DNA of 62,932 nt, filler included, from Actinomycetota bacterium (GCA_046725875.1; 6 parts of 6 records of this genome joined end to end with filler, not necessarily neighbours in it), one strand, 5' to 3'; positions 28,022 to 40,167 are shown, counted from the first letter of the whole stretch. A program made the numbers and translations. The notes: generated from the sequence alone by a model not told the origin.

Positions 28022-30790
28022 ATGGCCCATATCTCGCTTTCGCAGCGCAGATTAATCGCGGCCGGATCGGTCGCGGCGATCGCTGCGGCAACCGTATTGG
28101 TCGCCACCCTCAACGGGGATGACGACCGCGCAGAGCCCCGCTACCGCGGGTATCTCGAGAAGATCGGCGAAGAGGAGGGCGAGGAACACGAAGGCGTCGA
28201 GTCGATCGTCGGCGACCCGGGGTCCGAATCCTCCGAGATCTACAACTCCATCACATCGGTAGCCAACGCGCGGCTGGCGCCATACGGGTCCGTTGCGGCC
28301 GGCCAGCTCTCGGCCAGCCTGGGCGATTTCCGCCGCCTGACCTCGAACGGCAGCCAGTGGACCGAGGTGACCAACCTCCCCTACGACGCGGACGACCCGA
28401 ACTACCGGGACCCGGAGTTCTCCAACTCCTCGGGCGGCTGGGGCTACGTGGCCGGCCGGATCACCGGCCTCGCCGCGGGCGACGGCTACCTCTTCGCGGG
28501 TGGCGCCAATGGCGGCGTATTCCGGAAGAAGCTGAACAACCTGGCCAATCCTGCTGACGACGGCGCTTGGGAGCCGATCTCCGACGGCATCCTCTCGCTG
28601 TCCACGGGCGACCTGGAATGGCACGACGGGGCACTGTGGTACGCGACCGGTGAGGCCAACACGGGCGGGACGTCCTACGTCGGTGCGGGGGTCTACCGCA
28701 ACCCACGGGCGACCGACCCGACGCTCGGGACGGCTCAGTTCACGGGCGCGGACCGGCTGGGCGGGACTGAACTCGAGAGCCGGGGAATCAACAAGGTCCG
28801 CTTCGACAACGTCCACCACTGGGCGTATGCGGCGACCACCCGCGGCCTCTGGCGCTATCCGCTGAGCACGGCCAACGTGCCGGTCACGGGCAGGACGTGG
28901 ACGAACGTGTTCATGCCGAACCCGTCAGCGGATAGCAACATCAAGACGCCGTACAAGAACATGGTCAACGACGTGGCCATCGACGACAAGGGCGGCGTCC
29001 TCGTCAACGCCGCGTGGCGCAGCGGCGACGCGTCGTACAACGGGTTCTACTTCAGCGCCACCGGCGCGAGAGGGACCTACACGCAGGTCAACCCGCAAGG
29101 CGTCCTTGGCTATCAGCAGGTTGGCAACACTGAGTTCGCTTGGGGCACGGACGCTGGCGGACACAAGACGGTCCTCTATGCGATCGTCGAGTCGCCGACG
29201 AAGCTGCAGCACTCGCCGCAGACCGTGCTCTACGGTGTCTTCAAGTCGCCGAGCGGCACGCTCGCCGGGCCGTGGACACGCATCGCCGACAGCGGCAAGC
29301 TCCAGGCGTCCGGTTCGGCTCTCACCGGCGGCAACGGCACGTTCTACCGGCCAGGCATCCAGGCCTGGTACAACAACTTCATCCTCACCCAGCCCGGACA
29401 CCCGGATCACGTCTGGCTTGGCCTGGAAGAGGTGTACGAGACGAAGGACGGCGGCACCAGCTGGATGACGCCGGGTCCGTACTGGAACTTCGGGCTCCGC
29501 TGCTGGGCGATCAGCGATGACGACAACACGTGTCCAGAGACGACGCACCCCGACCAGCACTCGATCGTCACCTTTGGCGGCCGGGTCTATGTTGGCAACG
29601 ACGGCGGCGTGAAGTCCCGGCCACTCAACGGCGCCGCGAACCAGGACGGCCACGCGACTGACTGGGCGAACCACTCGCGGGGCCTGCGGACGCTCCAGTA
29701 CTACTCGGTCGGTGTCGGCACGGACCCAGAACGCGGTGGCTATGCCGTGGCGGGTGGCCTCCAGGACAACGGTGGCTCGCTGCTACGCGGTGACCGCAAG
29801 GACAACGAAGGCAATACCGAGCTGGTCTCGCCGTTCGGTGGTGACGGCGGTGACACCATCGTCGACCCGAGGAACGGATGCCACATCCTCGACGAGTACG
29901 TCTACCTCACGCTGTGGATGACGAAGAACTGCGGACAGACCGACGGTTCGCACAGCGCGGCGTTCGACGTGTCCGTCCCGGATGCCAACCCGCGGTTCAC
30001 CGCACCGTTCCGGGTCGTACGTGGATCCGAGAACACGGGCGATCACCAGGGCGGGCGTTGGGTGGCCGGCGGCAACGCGATCTGGTCACACGACCTCGCC
30101 TTCTCAATCACACCCGAGCAGGCGGAGTCGCTGGCCAACCATGGGTGGACCAAGCGGGCCACGCTCGGCACGCCCGGTCGCATGGTCGTTGGGCTCGACG
30201 CCGTCGCCAACCCGAGCGCCAAGCGGGACGCCAGCAAGGATGTGATCGTGGCGGCCTGGTGCGGCGAAGTGAACTGCAACAGCGAGAGCTTCAGCCGCGG
30301 TGTCATGACCAACTTCGGTGGCGGCTGGCACGAGCTCGACATGACCGGGCTCCCCAACCGCTTCCCGAACGCGGTCTACATCGACAGCGTCGGAGCCAAC
30401 ACGGCCACGATCTACCTCGTGTTCAACGGTTACAACCGCCGCTTCATCGAGGGGCCCGGTGCCCAGCAGGACCACGTCTGGAAGGGCGTCCTCGCCAAGA
30501 CCGGCGGGGTCACCTGGACAAACGAGTCGGCCGGAACGCCCGACGTGCCGGCGACCGACGTGCTGCGAGTCGGGGACAAGCTCGTCGTCGGCACCGACTA
30601 TGGCGTCATGGTCGGAAGCCTCGACGGGTCCGGCAACGTAACCGGCTGGAAGCGGGTCGGCGGCATCGCCGGAGCCGCTGGTGCGCTGCCGCTGACCACG
30701 GTGTTCGACATCTCCGTGGGCCCGGACGGCAAGCTCTACGCCGCGACCCATGGCCGCGGAATCTGGAGAACCCCGATATCGGCCCTCTAG
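28022..30790 (+). CDS. secreted BNR/sortilin-like beta-propeller glycosyl hydrolase
   Basis: Signal peptide; GRIT, GGANGGVF, YATGEAN, TKDGG.SW Asp-box, HPDQH, GNDGGV, GGLQDNG, GGDG, AATHGRGIW. Confidence 0.8.
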   Translation: MAHISLSQRRLIAAGSVAAIAAATVLVATLNGDDDRAEPRYRGYLEKIGEEEGEEHEGVESIVGDPGSESSEIYNSITSVANARLAPYGSVAAGQLSASLGDFRRLTSNGSQWTEVTNLPYDADDPNYRDPEFSNSSGGWGYVAGRITGLAAGDGYLFAGGANGGVFRKKLNNLANPADDGAWEPISDGILSLSTGDLEWHDGALWYATGEANTGGTSYVGAGVYRNPRATDPTLGTAQFTGADRLGGTELESRGINKVRFDNVHHWAYAATTRGLWRYPLSTANVPVTGRTWTNVFMPNPSADSNIKTPYKNMVNDVAIDDKGGVLVNAAWRSGDASYNGFYFSATGARGTYTQVNPQGVLGYQQVGNTEFAWGTDAGGHKTVLYAIVESPTKLQHSPQTVLYGVFKSPSGTLAGPWTRIADSGKLQASGSALTGGNGTFYRPGIQAWYNNFILTQPGHPDHVWLGLEEVYETKDGGTSWMTPGPYWNFGLRCWAISDDDNTCPETTHPDQHSIVTFGGRVYVGNDGGVKSRPLNGAANQDGHATDWANHSRGLRTLQYYSVGVGTDPERGGYAVAGGLQDNGGSLLRGDRKDNEGNTELVSPFGGDGGDTIVDPRNGCHILDEYVYLTLWMTKNCGQTDGSHSAAFDVSVPDANPRFTAPFRVVRGSENTGDHQGGRWVAGGNAIWSHDLAFSITPEQAESLANHGWTKRATLGTPGRMVVGLDAVANPSAKRDASKDVIVAAWCGEVNCNSESFSRGVMTNFGGGWHELDMTGLPNRFPNAVYIDSVGANTATIYLVFNGYNRRFIEGPGAQQDHVWKGVLAKTGGVTWTNESAGTPDVPATDVLRVGDKLVVGTDYGVMVGSLDGSGNVTGWKRVGGIAGAAGALPLTTVFDISVGPDGKLYAATHGRGIWRTPISAL

Positions 30791-30818
30791 ATCGCTAAGG
30801 CCGCTCACTACTCCGCAT

Positions 30819-30862
30819 GAGGGGTATCCTCCACCCGACCAGTTGGGTGGAGGGTGCCCCTC
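30819..30862 (+). terminator. long stem-loop terminator
   Basis: GAGGGGTATCCTCCACCCGAC-CA-GTTGGGTGGAGGGTGCCCCTC, 28 nt after stop. Confidence 0.75.
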
Positions 30863-30973
30863 GATCTTGTTCGCCGGCAGACATTTGGTGTCTCACGCCT
30901 TGGTTCCGGGAATGATTCGGAGGCGCTGCTCCGTTTTCGTGGAGAAGGCCGATGCCGGCGGAGGGAGCGCGGC

Positions 30974-31642
30974 GTGCAGTCCCTAGATATCGCCGGCCTG
31001 TCCGCGACGTTCGTTTATGTTGTGGTGTTTGCAGTCGCCGCCGGCGAGACCAGCGCATTCCTAGGTCTGATCGTCCCTGGTGAGACGGTCATCATCGCGG
31101 CCGGCGCGCTTGCCAGACCGGAGAAGCTGAGCGTCCCGCTCCTGATCGGGGTGGTCGTCGCCGGTGCAATCATCGGCGACTCGATCGGTTGGCTCCTGGG
31201 CCACCGGTACGGCTTCCGCTGGGCGGATAGGATCTCCCGCCGGCGCCGGTCCTGGAATCGACGGCTGCGCCGGGTCCGCGGTTGGATGGGTGGCCGGCGC
31301 GGTGGCCTCGCTGTGGTGATCGGGCGTTTCGTCGGTTATGTCCGACCCTTGATGCCGTTCACCGCTGGGGGGGCCGGGATGCCGTATGGCACCTTCCTTG
31401 CCTTCGATGTTCCTGCCACCATCGCATGGGCGAGCGGAAGTGTGCTGCTGGGGGTAGCCTTCGGGGCCTCCGGCGAGCGAATACTCCAGACCTTCGGAAT
31501 CGGCGCGACCGCCGTCGCCGTGCTCGTTGTAGTCATCGCCGTTGCGGTCATAATTACTCGTCGTCGTCGCCGTGTTGCCAGCCTCTCCTCGGCCTCGGCG
31601 GGCGATGACCTGCATCGCGAGGCGGACCGTCGCGCTGCCTGA
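30974..31642 (+). CDS. DedA family membrane protein
   Basis: GET..FLGLIVPGET, GAIIGDSIGW, GRF...VR..PF.AG...M.Y..F. Confidence 0.88.
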   Translation: MQSLDIAGLSATFVYVVVFAVAAGETSAFLGLIVPGETVIIAAGALARPEKLSVPLLIGVVVAGAIIGDSIGWLLGHRYGFRWADRISRRRRSWNRRLRRVRGWMGGRRGGLAVVIGRFVGYVRPLMPFTAGGAGMPYGTFLAFDVPATIAWASGSVLLGVAFGASGERILQTFGIGATAVAVLVVVIAVAVIITRRRRRVASLSSASAGDDLHREADRRAA

Positions 31643-31730
31643 AGCTAAGCCGGACGCTGCCGTGGTGCGCGTAGTGTCGCCGCTCCCGCTGTACGGTGGC
31701 GAGCAGGTACTGCAGTGGAGCGAGGGACGT

Positions 31731-32765
31731 ATGACCAAGACTGCGACCGCATTCCACTCGAAGGCGGTTGTTGCCGACACCCATAACGATCTGCTGATGG
31801 CCGTCGTCGCCCGGCCTGTCGAGCAGTGGTCTCCGTTCTTCGCCCACCAGTGGCTACCCCAGCTTCGCGACGGCGGAGTGAACATCCAGGTCCTCCCGGT
31901 TTTCATCGACGACGAGTACCGACCGGACGGCGCGCTCCGGCAGACGCTTCGGATGGTCGAGGCCGCACATCGCATCGCTGAGGGCAGCCCGGACCTGGTG
32001 GTCCTGTGCAATGACGGAACGGACATCGATGATGCGCTCAGATCCGGTCGGATCGCGCTCGTGCTCGCGCTCGAGAGCTGCCCGGCGATCGACAGTGACA
32101 TCGAGCTTCTAGAGACGCTCTACCGGCTCGGGCTGCGCATCGCGTCTCTCGCCCATTTCGGCCGGACGGCTCTGGCCGATGGAAGCGCGGAGGACGCAAC
32201 CGGCAGTCGGCTGACGTCCGCCGGTGTTGCCGCCGTCACCGAGATGGAGCGGCTCGGCGTCCTTCTCGACATCAGTCATCTCGGCGTCTCCGGCGTCGCG
32301 CACGTGCTCGAAATCACCACCCGGCCCGTCATCGCCACCCACTCGTCGGCGCGCGCCCTCCGGGACCACCATCGCAACCTGTCCGACGACCAGCTCAAGG
32401 GTGTTGCCGCGACCGGCGGCGTCGTATGCGTGAACTTCTATGCCGACTTCATCGACGAGCGCGAGCACACGATGGATCGGTTGCTCGACCACATCGAGCA
32501 CATCGTCGAGGTTGCGGGCATCGATCACGTGGGTCTGGGGCCTGACTTCATCGCCGAGGTGGATGCCGATCTAACGCCGCCGCACGCCGGGAACGAAATC
32601 GACCGTGCGGCGATCCCTGGCTTGGACGGACCTCGCGGGCTGCCGCTGGTAACCGAGGCGATGCTCCGCCGCGGCTTGCCTGATGCGGACGTCGAGAAGA
32701 TTCTCGGAGCCAACGTGCTGCGCCTGTTCCGCGCCGAACTCGGCGTGCCCGCGGCTCCTCCTTGA
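31731..32765 (+). CDS. membrane dipeptidase (peptidase M19)
   Basis: DTHND, ALES, DISH, ATHS, RNLSD, DHVGLGPDF, KILGAN. Confidence 0.9.
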   Translation: MTKTATAFHSKAVVADTHNDLLMAVVARPVEQWSPFFAHQWLPQLRDGGVNIQVLPVFIDDEYRPDGALRQTLRMVEAAHRIAEGSPDLVVLCNDGTDIDDALRSGRIALVLALESCPAIDSDIELLETLYRLGLRIASLAHFGRTALADGSAEDATGSRLTSAGVAAVTEMERLGVLLDISHLGVSGVAHVLEITTRPVIATHSSARALRDHHRNLSDDQLKGVAATGGVVCVNFYADFIDEREHTMDRLLDHIEHIVEVAGIDHVGLGPDFIAEVDADLTPPHAGNEIDRAAIPGLDGPRGLPLVTEAMLRRGLPDADVEKILGANVLRLFRAELGVPAAPP

Positions 32766-32843
32766 CTACGACTGTGAACCGGCTCACTGCCCGAGCGGTA
32801 CGGTGCCGATCTTGGTGCGGTCACACGCCGGACGCGGGTCGCT

Positions 32844-33718
32844 TCAGTAGAAGGCTGGCGTCTTCGTGCGCAGGTCGGCCATGTGCGTAAGCTCGGTCAC
32901 CGCCAAGGCGAGCTCGGTGGCGATGTCGAGTGCCCGCTCGCGGCGCGAGTTCTCGCGCATCCACCAGCACAGGATCTGGACGACGGACCCCGCGAGATCC
33001 GAGTGGTCGAGTACGGCCGAGCGCACCGTGATCGGCGAACTCGTGATCCCGCCGACGCCGAGCTTGAACCATTGCCCGTTCTTGAACGCGAGCGCCGGCT
33101 CGCCGGCCGGGTCGGGCAGCACCACGTCGAACTGGCTGTCCGGCTGGCGGGGCTCAGGAAGCCGCGAGTCGTAGGAGGGTGGCTCGTACGAGTCCGCAAA
33201 CGTGGTGGGTGTCGCAATCGCGGCAAGGGCCCCGTCGGTGTAGGGCGAGGACACGTACGGGTGTTGAGCGAACGCCGTGGACGTTTGCCCGAACGACGAC
33301 GCGCCGAGGGGCGCGGAGGCGTAGGCGGCTGGCGCCGGAGCCGGGACATAGGCCGGTACTGGGGCTGCCGAGGCCGCTGGTGCATGCGTGACGGTGGGTG
33401 GTGGCGCGGGCAGCGGCGGCGGTGTTGGGAGGGTGGCTGCGGGCGCTGCATGCGCAGGTGCCTGTGGCGCTGGAGCTGGGTAGTCGGCCCCAGCGAACGA
33501 GTCGTGATACGGATCGAAGCCGTGGTCGTAGCCGCCGCGGTGCGGGTCCTCGTACACCAGATCCGCTGGGCTCGGACCGGCCTGGCTCGGCACCGACGGG
33601 CCGGGAGTGGCCTTGTGCGCTCCCGCCACGCGCGCTGCCCGGGCCTCCCGTGCCTCGTTCAGGTCGCGGACCTCGGCGTGCTGTTCAGCGTGGCGACCCT
33701 CGATCGCGCGCGGCGGTG
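32844..33718 (-). CDS. Pro/Ala-rich hypothetical protein (5' partial)
   Basis: Frame open from contig end; low-complexity linker then a ~95-aa globular C-terminal domain. Confidence 0.6.
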
Positions 33719-33818
33719 NNNNNNNNNNNNNNNNNNNNNNNNNNNNNNNNNNNNNNNNNNNNTTAATTAATTAANNNNNNNNNNNNNNNNNNNNNNNNNN
33801 NNNNNNNNNNNNNNNNNN

Positions 33819-36057
33819 GCCGGCCGATGCCGACGAGCGCCTCGACCTCGTCCGCGTCGAACGGGAAGATCCCTGGCTCACCGATACCGATCTTGGTGCG
33901 TAGCTCTCGCATACCTTCCAGCGCGCGCAGTGCGGCCTCGTAGTCGCCTTCCCCGACCGCCAGGAAAGCGAGAACGCCACGGACGTGCATGGTGAAGAAG
34001 TGATCCCCGAGGCGCTCGAAGACGGCCAGCGCCTTTGTGCCAAGTTCTCGGGCACGACCCGGGTCGCCGAAATGCGACTCCGCGAGCGCCAGCGCATACT
34101 CCTGGGTGGCTTGGCTCTGCTCCCGCCCGCTGGCCTCCTCGATCTCCCAGCCCTCGACCGCAAAGCAACGAGCAGGCGCTGGGTTTCCAGCCCGCGTCTC
34201 GAGCTGGGTCAGGTGCAGGCAGAGCCCAGACCTGGAGGCCTCGTCTCCGAGCGCGATAGCTTGCCGGTACTCGGCAAGCAACAGCTCGCGCGCGCGGTCG
34301 AGCTCGTCCGCCCACATCAGCCGTGCTCCGATCCAATGCCTCGGGCTAAGCCAAGGTGAGACCGGCCGGGCACGCGCCTGCAGTGCATCTGCGCGCTGCA
34401 GCAATGGCCGCCAGTCGCTGCCGCCGACCAAGGTCTCCAGGTGCCCGAGTATCGACAGAGCCACCAGGATCAGCGTTTGGTCGCCGGACTGTTCGGCCAG
34501 CGACAGCGCCTCCGCCGCTTTTTCCAGGGCAGCCGGCGGACCCTCAGCGATCTCCAGCCACTGAGCGAGCTCGATCAGGATCGACGCCCGCAGCCGCGGG
34601 TTAGCCCCGGCCTCCCGGAGTGCCTGTTCGGCAAGGTCACGGTTGCGAGCGGTCGTATCGCCGCGCATCAGCGCCAGCATCGCCTCCGCCCGGCGTGGTC
34701 CCTCAGGCAGCGTCTCCATCAGGTCGCCGAGAATCGTTTCCGCACGACCCACGTCGCCGGCCAGCTGGTGCGCTCGGGCCGCCGCCAGGGTGCGCCGGGC
34801 CAGGTCGTCGTCGTTGCCGATGGGTGTCAGCCTCATCCCGTGTTCGAGCAATTCCGCCATCGCATGCGGGGCTCCGCGGACCTCGGCGCGGGCGGCGGCG
34901 GCGTCCGCAGCGGCCGCCGCTTCGGCATTCGTGCCATCGACGGCGAGCGCAAGGTGTCGGACCCGTTCCTCTGGATCGACAACGGCAGCCGCGAGCCGCC
35001 CGTGCAGCTCGCGCCGCCGCACCGGGTCCGCATTGGCCGTCACGGCGACGGGCACCAGCGGGTGAGTAAACCGCAGCCGCGACCCATCCAGCTCGACCAG
35101 CTGTGCCTCCACTGCAGGTCGGAGGCGATCCGACACATCGGCTCCGGTCACCGCCCGGAGGCCGTCCAATGATGGCGTCGCAGAAAGCGCCGCGGCGAGC
35201 AGTGGATCTTGTGCCGACGGCGCGAGGGCCGCTACCCGCCGGCGCAGCAGGTCAGACAGCGGGATCCGTAGCTCTTCCGCAAGCGGCAGCCGTCCGCCCT
35301 GCTCCAACAGCAGTCGACCCAGCTCCAGCGAGTGCAGCGGATTGCCGCCACAGATCTCCCAGAGCTGGCGGAGCATCGGCCGCGGCAGCGGCGCACCGAG
35401 CCGCTGCCGAATCACGCTCTGCACCGCCCCCATGCTTAGCGGGCCGATCAAGAGGCGTCGGACCCGATCCGGGAGCGTCCCGTCGAGCCCCAAGATGTCC
35501 TCACCCGAGCGTGTCGTGAGCAGGAACCCAACCGCCGCCTCGCGAAGGCGCCGCGCCGCGAACCAGAGTGCTGCGGCCGAGCCCGCATCCAGCCACTGGA
35601 CATCGTCGATCGCGACGAGCACCACATCATCGGCAGCCAGCGAGCGCAACACGCCAAGCACTGAACTACCGATCAGCCGCTGCACCGACAGATCGTCGTC
35701 CGGCTCCTCGGCCAGAAGTGCGACCCGAAGCGCTCGCTGCTGGGGGTCCGGAAGCGAGGCGAGCACCGCAGGCGGCAGATTCTCGAGGAGATCGCCAAGT
35801 CCAGCGAGTGCGAGCCGGACCTCACTGCCGGACGGCCGGGCGATGAGGACGTGGAATCCCCGCTGGCTGGCGATCTCGACGGCCTCCTGCCAGAGCCGTG
35901 TCTTGCCAATTCCTGGCCCGCCCTCGAGCACAAGCGCGCGCGGGCCGCGGATCGTGTCGAGGAAATCCGCGACGGCGGCGAGCTCGTCTGCGCGCCCGGC
36001 CAGCGGGCCGGTGGCCCCAGAGACCACCCACACATGGTCCATCAGCGCTAGGGCCAC
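33819..36057 (-). CDS. LuxR-family large ATP-binding regulator (3' partial)
   Basis: GR.DEL, GGPGIGKT, IDDVQWLD, GGNPL, FTHPL, TPR-like region; HTH lost at contig end. Confidence 0.85.
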
Positions 36058-36139
36058 CTCAACGCTGCAGAGGCGGGTTCAACGCCCCTTTTGCCACGCC
36101 CGTTTGCTCCCCCGCCAGCCTTAGTGACCAGCCGAACGG

Positions 36140-36859
36140 TCAGGTCTGCGGCTGTTCCTGGGGCCTGACGAGTGGGTCGAGCTGAGGGCCGATGATCCGC
36201 TTGAACTTGCGCTGCGGTCGGGTGCGGTCGAGCACCGCCACCTCGAGCTGGTTCGGCTCGAGAGTGCGGGCCGGGCTGCCCGGCTGGCCACCGTGAGCGC
36301 CCAGCACGTCCACGGCGAGCTTGACCATCTCGCCGAGCGGCTGGCTATCGGAGTATTGCTGCTCCAGGGCCGTGGAGATCTGCTCGGCTTGACCGCCCAT
36401 CGCGACGAAGCCGCGCTCATCCGAGACCGAGCCGTCATAGGTAAGGCGGTAGATCTGGTCGGCCTCGGCACTATCGCCGACCTCAGCGACGACGATCTCG
36501 ACCTCGAATGGCTTGCTGCTCTCAGTGAAGATCGTGCCGAGCGTCTGCGCATAGGCGTTGGCGAGAGCGCGGCCGGTCACGTCGCGCCGGTCATAGAGGT
36601 AGCCCCGGGTGTCGGCGAGGCGAATGCCAGCCTGCCGTAGGTTCTCGAACTCGTTGTACTTGCCGACCGCGGCGAAGGCGATCCGGTCGTAAATCTCGCT
36701 GATCTTGTGTAGCGCCCGGGAGAGGTTCTCGGCGACGAAGAGGATGCCGTCGACGTACTGGAGGACGACGACGCTGCGGCCGCGGGCGATGCCCTTGCGC
36801 GCATAGTCCGCCTTGTCCTTCATCCACTGTTCGGGCGAGACGTAGAACGGCGTGGTCAT
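36140..36859 (-). CDS. prcA: 20S proteasome alpha subunit
   Basis: [35 protein letters not shown]. Confidence 0.96.
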   Translation of the reverse strand: MTTPFYVSPEQWMKDKADYARKGIARGRSVVVLQYVDGILFVAENLSRALHKISEIYDRIAFAAVGKYNEFENLRQAGIRLADTRGYLYDRRDVTGRALANAYAQTLGTIFTESSKPFEVEIVVAEVGDSAEADQIYRLTYDGSVSDERGFVAMGGQAEQISTALEQQYSDSQPLGEMVKLAVDVLGAHGGQPGSPARTLEPNQLEVAVLDRTRPQRKFKRIIGPQLDPLVRPQEQPQT

Positions 36860-36907
36860 GGGATCCCCTCGATGCGGATCACGGCCGCTTCGCTGATGGC
36901 TGCGGCA

Positions 36908-37744
36908 TTACCGTAGCGGCGCTTGCGGGCCACTGGGGTTGACCATACGCCCGGCCACGACCGTGTCGACGATTCCGCCGACCTCCTCATCGGGCAGCCG
37001 TCGGAAACCCTCGGCCGTGACGGCCGCGACGACCGGGTAGATGTGCCGGGTCAGGTCGGGACCGCCGGTGGCCGAGTCGTCGTCGGCCGCGTCATACAAC
37101 GCCTGCACGCATGCCGTAACGGCATCCGTCTCCGGGAGGTCGTCCCTGAAGAGCTTCTTGAGCGCCCCGCGGGCGAACGGCGAGCCGGAGCCGACTGAGT
37201 GGAACGCGTGCTCCTCGTACCGCCCGCCGGTCACGTCATAGCTGAAGATGCGCCCGGTGCCGGTCTCGAGGTCGTACCCGGCAAACAGCGGCACCACCGC
37301 GAGCCCCTGCGCGGCCATGGAAAGGTTGCCGCGGATCATCATGGCGAGTCGGTTGGCCTTGCCCTCGAGGGAGAGCACGGTTCCCTCGATCTTTTCGTAG
37401 TGCTCGAGCTCGACCTGGAAGAGCCGGACCAGCTCAACGGCGACGCCGGCGACGCCGGCAATCCCGACACAGGAATACTCGTCCGCCTGGAAGACCTTTT
37501 CGATGTCGCGCTGTGCGATGACGTTGCCCATCGTCGCCCGCCGGTCGCCGGCCATGACGACCCCGCCCGGGAAGGTCACGGCGACGACGGTGGTGCCGTG
37601 CGGCGCTTCGATCGGCTCCCGCGGCGGGATTCGCCGACCGGGCAGCAGCTCGGGTGCATAGGACCCGAGGAACTCGGAGAACGACGCCGTCCCTGGCGTC
37701 ATGAACGCCGGCGGCAACCGACCCGCACCGTCCGCGCTGGCCAC
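36908..37744 (-). CDS. prcB: 20S proteasome beta subunit
   Basis: Propeptide then HG-TT catalytic Thr, [19 protein letters not shown]. Confidence 0.96.
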   Translation of the reverse strand: MASADGAGRLPPAFMTPGTASFSEFLGSYAPELLPGRRIPPREPIEAPHGTTVVAVTFPGGVVMAGDRRATMGNVIAQRDIEKVFQADEYSCVGIAGVAGVAVELVRLFQVELEHYEKIEGTVLSLEGKANRLAMMIRGNLSMAAQGLAVVPLFAGYDLETGTGRIFSYDVTGGRYEEHAFHSVGSGSPFARGALKKLFRDDLPETDAVTACVQALYDAADDDSATGGPDLTRHIYPVVAAVTAEGFRRLPDEEVGGIVDTVVAGRMVNPSGPQAPLR

Positions 37745-37909
37745 GCCACTCCTTCAGATAAGGCGCGACCCGCCCGGGCGAGCTCCGGATCGTCGCGCAG
37801 CTGACCTATCCCGGCCTTGCAGGTAAAGCAGAGAACGCCCCGAACCCTACCCGTCCTTCGATAGTGATCCACACGCTCCGATCACTAGCCAGGATGGGAT
37901 TGGGATTGC

Positions 37910-38119
37910 TTACTCCCCACCTTTTTGTACGAATCCCCGAACGAACTCTTCGGCGTTCTCCTCGAGGACCTCGTCAATTTCGTCCAGAAGCGCGTCGACG
38001 TCGTCGGAAATCTTCTCGTGCCGCTCCTTGACGTCTTCAGCGGCCTCCGCCTCGACCTCATCGACCTCGTCGGACCGCTGGGTCGCACGCTTCTGTCCGC
38101 TGCTGTCCTTGGTCGCCAT
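37910..38119 (-). CDS. pup: prokaryotic ubiquitin-like protein Pup
   Basis: LLDEIDEVLEENAEEFVRGFVQKGGE. Confidence 0.96.
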   Translation of the reverse strand: MATKDSSGQKRATQRSDEVDEVEAEAAEDVKERHEKISDDVDALLDEIDEVLEENAEEFVRGFVQKGGE

Positions 38120-38299
38120 CACCAGCCTCCTCAAGGTCGTCCCACGTCCGGGTCATCCGGATCCACGACCCTATAAGGATGACCCGAAATCCCGGGTGAT
38201 CATTCCCCAATGCCCCTGAATACCACACTAGTTGGCGTACGGCCACGACCGAGCCGCAGTACTCGGCCACTGCCGCATGGGCTAGAGCAACATCTCGGC

Positions 38300-39814
38300 T
38301 CAGCCGGAGCCGGTCAGCGCCTTGACGAGTTCGGTCGCCGTCTTGCACCGGTTGAGCAGCTCGCCGACATGGGCCTTCGTCCCGCGCAGCGGCTCCATCG
38401 TCGGCACCCGTTGGAGCGAGTCGTAACCTGGCAGGTCGAAGATCACCGAATCCCAGGATGCCGCTGCGACCTCGTCTGCATACCGAGCCAGGCAGTTGCC
38501 ACGGAAGTAGGCGCGGGTGTCCTCCGGCGGCTCGTGGACCGCCTCGTCTACCCGTCGCGGGTCGAGTAGCCGGACGATCCGGCCGCGCTCGGCCAGCCGG
38601 TTGTAGAGGCCTTTGTCCCTACGCACGTCCGCGTACTGCAGATCCACCAGATGAAGCCGTGGGGCGTCCCAGTCGAGCCCGTCGCGGCTCCGGTAGCCCT
38701 GCAGGATTGACTGCTTCGCAACCCAGTCCAGCTCGCTCGACAGGCTCATCGGGTCGCTCTCCAGCCGGGTCAGGACGGACTCCCAGCGGTCGAGCACCTC
38801 CGCGGTCATGTCGTCGACATCAGCGCCATAGCGGTCCTCGACATACTTTCGCGCCTGCTCCAGATACTCCATCTGCAGCTGGACCGCGGTGAGCTTGCGA
38901 CCGGAGCGCAGCGGCACGAGGAACTGAAGCGTGGGGTCGTGCGAAACCTCGTGCAGAGCCCGGACCGGGTTCTCAACGGATAGGTCGATCGAGATGAACC
39001 GCTCTTCGATCATGGCCAGGACAAGCGCCGTGGTGCCGAGCTTGAGATAAGTGGATACCTCGGACAGGTTCGCGTCACCGATGATCACATGCAGCCGGCG
39101 ATACTTCTCCGCGTCGGCGTGCGGCTCGTCCCGCGTGTTGATGATCGGACGCTTGAGCGTCGTTTCCAGCCCGACCTCAACCTCGAAGAAGTCCGCCCGC
39201 TGGCTGAGCTGGAAGCCATGCTCACGGCCGTCTTGACCGAGACCGACCCGGCCAGCGCCCGTGATCACCTGGCGGCAGACGAAGAACGGCGTCAAGTTCC
39301 GCACGATGTCGGCGAACGGCGTGGCCCGGGCCATGAGGTAGTTCTCATGGCAGCCATAGGAAGCGCCCTTGTTGTCGGTGTTGTTCTTGTAAAGCTGGAT
39401 CGGCTGCGCACCCGGGATCGACGCGGCATGGAACGCGGCAATCTCCATGATCCGCTCACCGGCCTTGTCCCACAGGAGCGCGTCTCGCGGGTTGGTGCAC
39501 TCTGGGGTCGAATACTCGGGATGAGCGTGATCTACATACAGCCTAGCGCCATTGGTGAGGATCACGTTCGCAAGCCCGACGTCCTCGTCGGTGAGCTGGC
39601 TGGCGTCGGCCAGCTCGCGAGCAAGGTCGAAGCCGCGCGCGTCCCGCAGCGGATTCTCCTCCTCGAAGTCCCACCGGGCCCGACGGGTGCGCGCGGTCAC
39701 CGCCGCGTAAGCATTCACGACCTGAGAGGACGTGAGCATCGCATTCGCCGACGGGTGCCCGGGAACGGCAATGCCGTACTCCGTCTCGGTCCCCATCACA
39801 CGCCACACGCTCAT
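38300..39814 (-). CDS. dop: depupylase/deamidase Dop
   Basis: [46 protein letters not shown]. Confidence 0.95.
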   Translation of the reverse strand: MSVWRVMGTETEYGIAVPGHPSANAMLTSSQVVNAYAAVTARTRRARWDFEEENPLRDARGFDLARELADASQLTDEDVGLANVILTNGARLYVDHAHPEYSTPECTNPRDALLWDKAGERIMEIAAFHAASIPGAQPIQLYKNNTDNKGASYGCHENYLMARATPFADIVRNLTPFFVCRQVITGAGRVGLGQDGREHGFQLSQRADFFEVEVGLETTLKRPIINTRDEPHADAEKYRRLHVIIGDANLSEVSTYLKLGTTALVLAMIEERFISIDLSVENPVRALHEVSHDPTLQFLVPLRSGRKLTAVQLQMEYLEQARKYVEDRYGADVDDMTAEVLDRWESVLTRLESDPMSLSSELDWVAKQSILQGYRSRDGLDWDAPRLHLVDLQYADVRRDKGLYNRLAERGRIVRLLDPRRVDEAVHEPPEDTRAYFRGNCLARYADEVAAASWDSVIFDLPGYDSLQRVPTMEPLRGTKAHVGELLNRCKTATELVKALTGSG

Positions 39815-40167
39815 GGCCGCTCCGCTCCTGGCACCCCACGCTTCTTCCCGCGACCGTTCGAGCCTAGTCCCGGCAACCGACAGCGAGATGGCTCTGCAAC
39901 CGGCGATATCCCCATCGTGACCCGATACCGTTCACGCGCGCGCTTGATTCACCGCGGCGGTCGCATTCCCGTACGACCGAACGTTTGAGGGCGAACGGGT
40001 GGTGCCCTCGGACCGGGAGGGCGCCGACGATCATGTACGGCAGACGATCGACCCTCACTTCGGCGATCAGTCACAGGCGTGGTCCCCGTGAAACCCGATC
40101 GCGATCGGCCACCGGATCCACGCGCAATCTTCGGCGGGGGTAGCAAGCGAAGATTCGCGCGGTTGCC

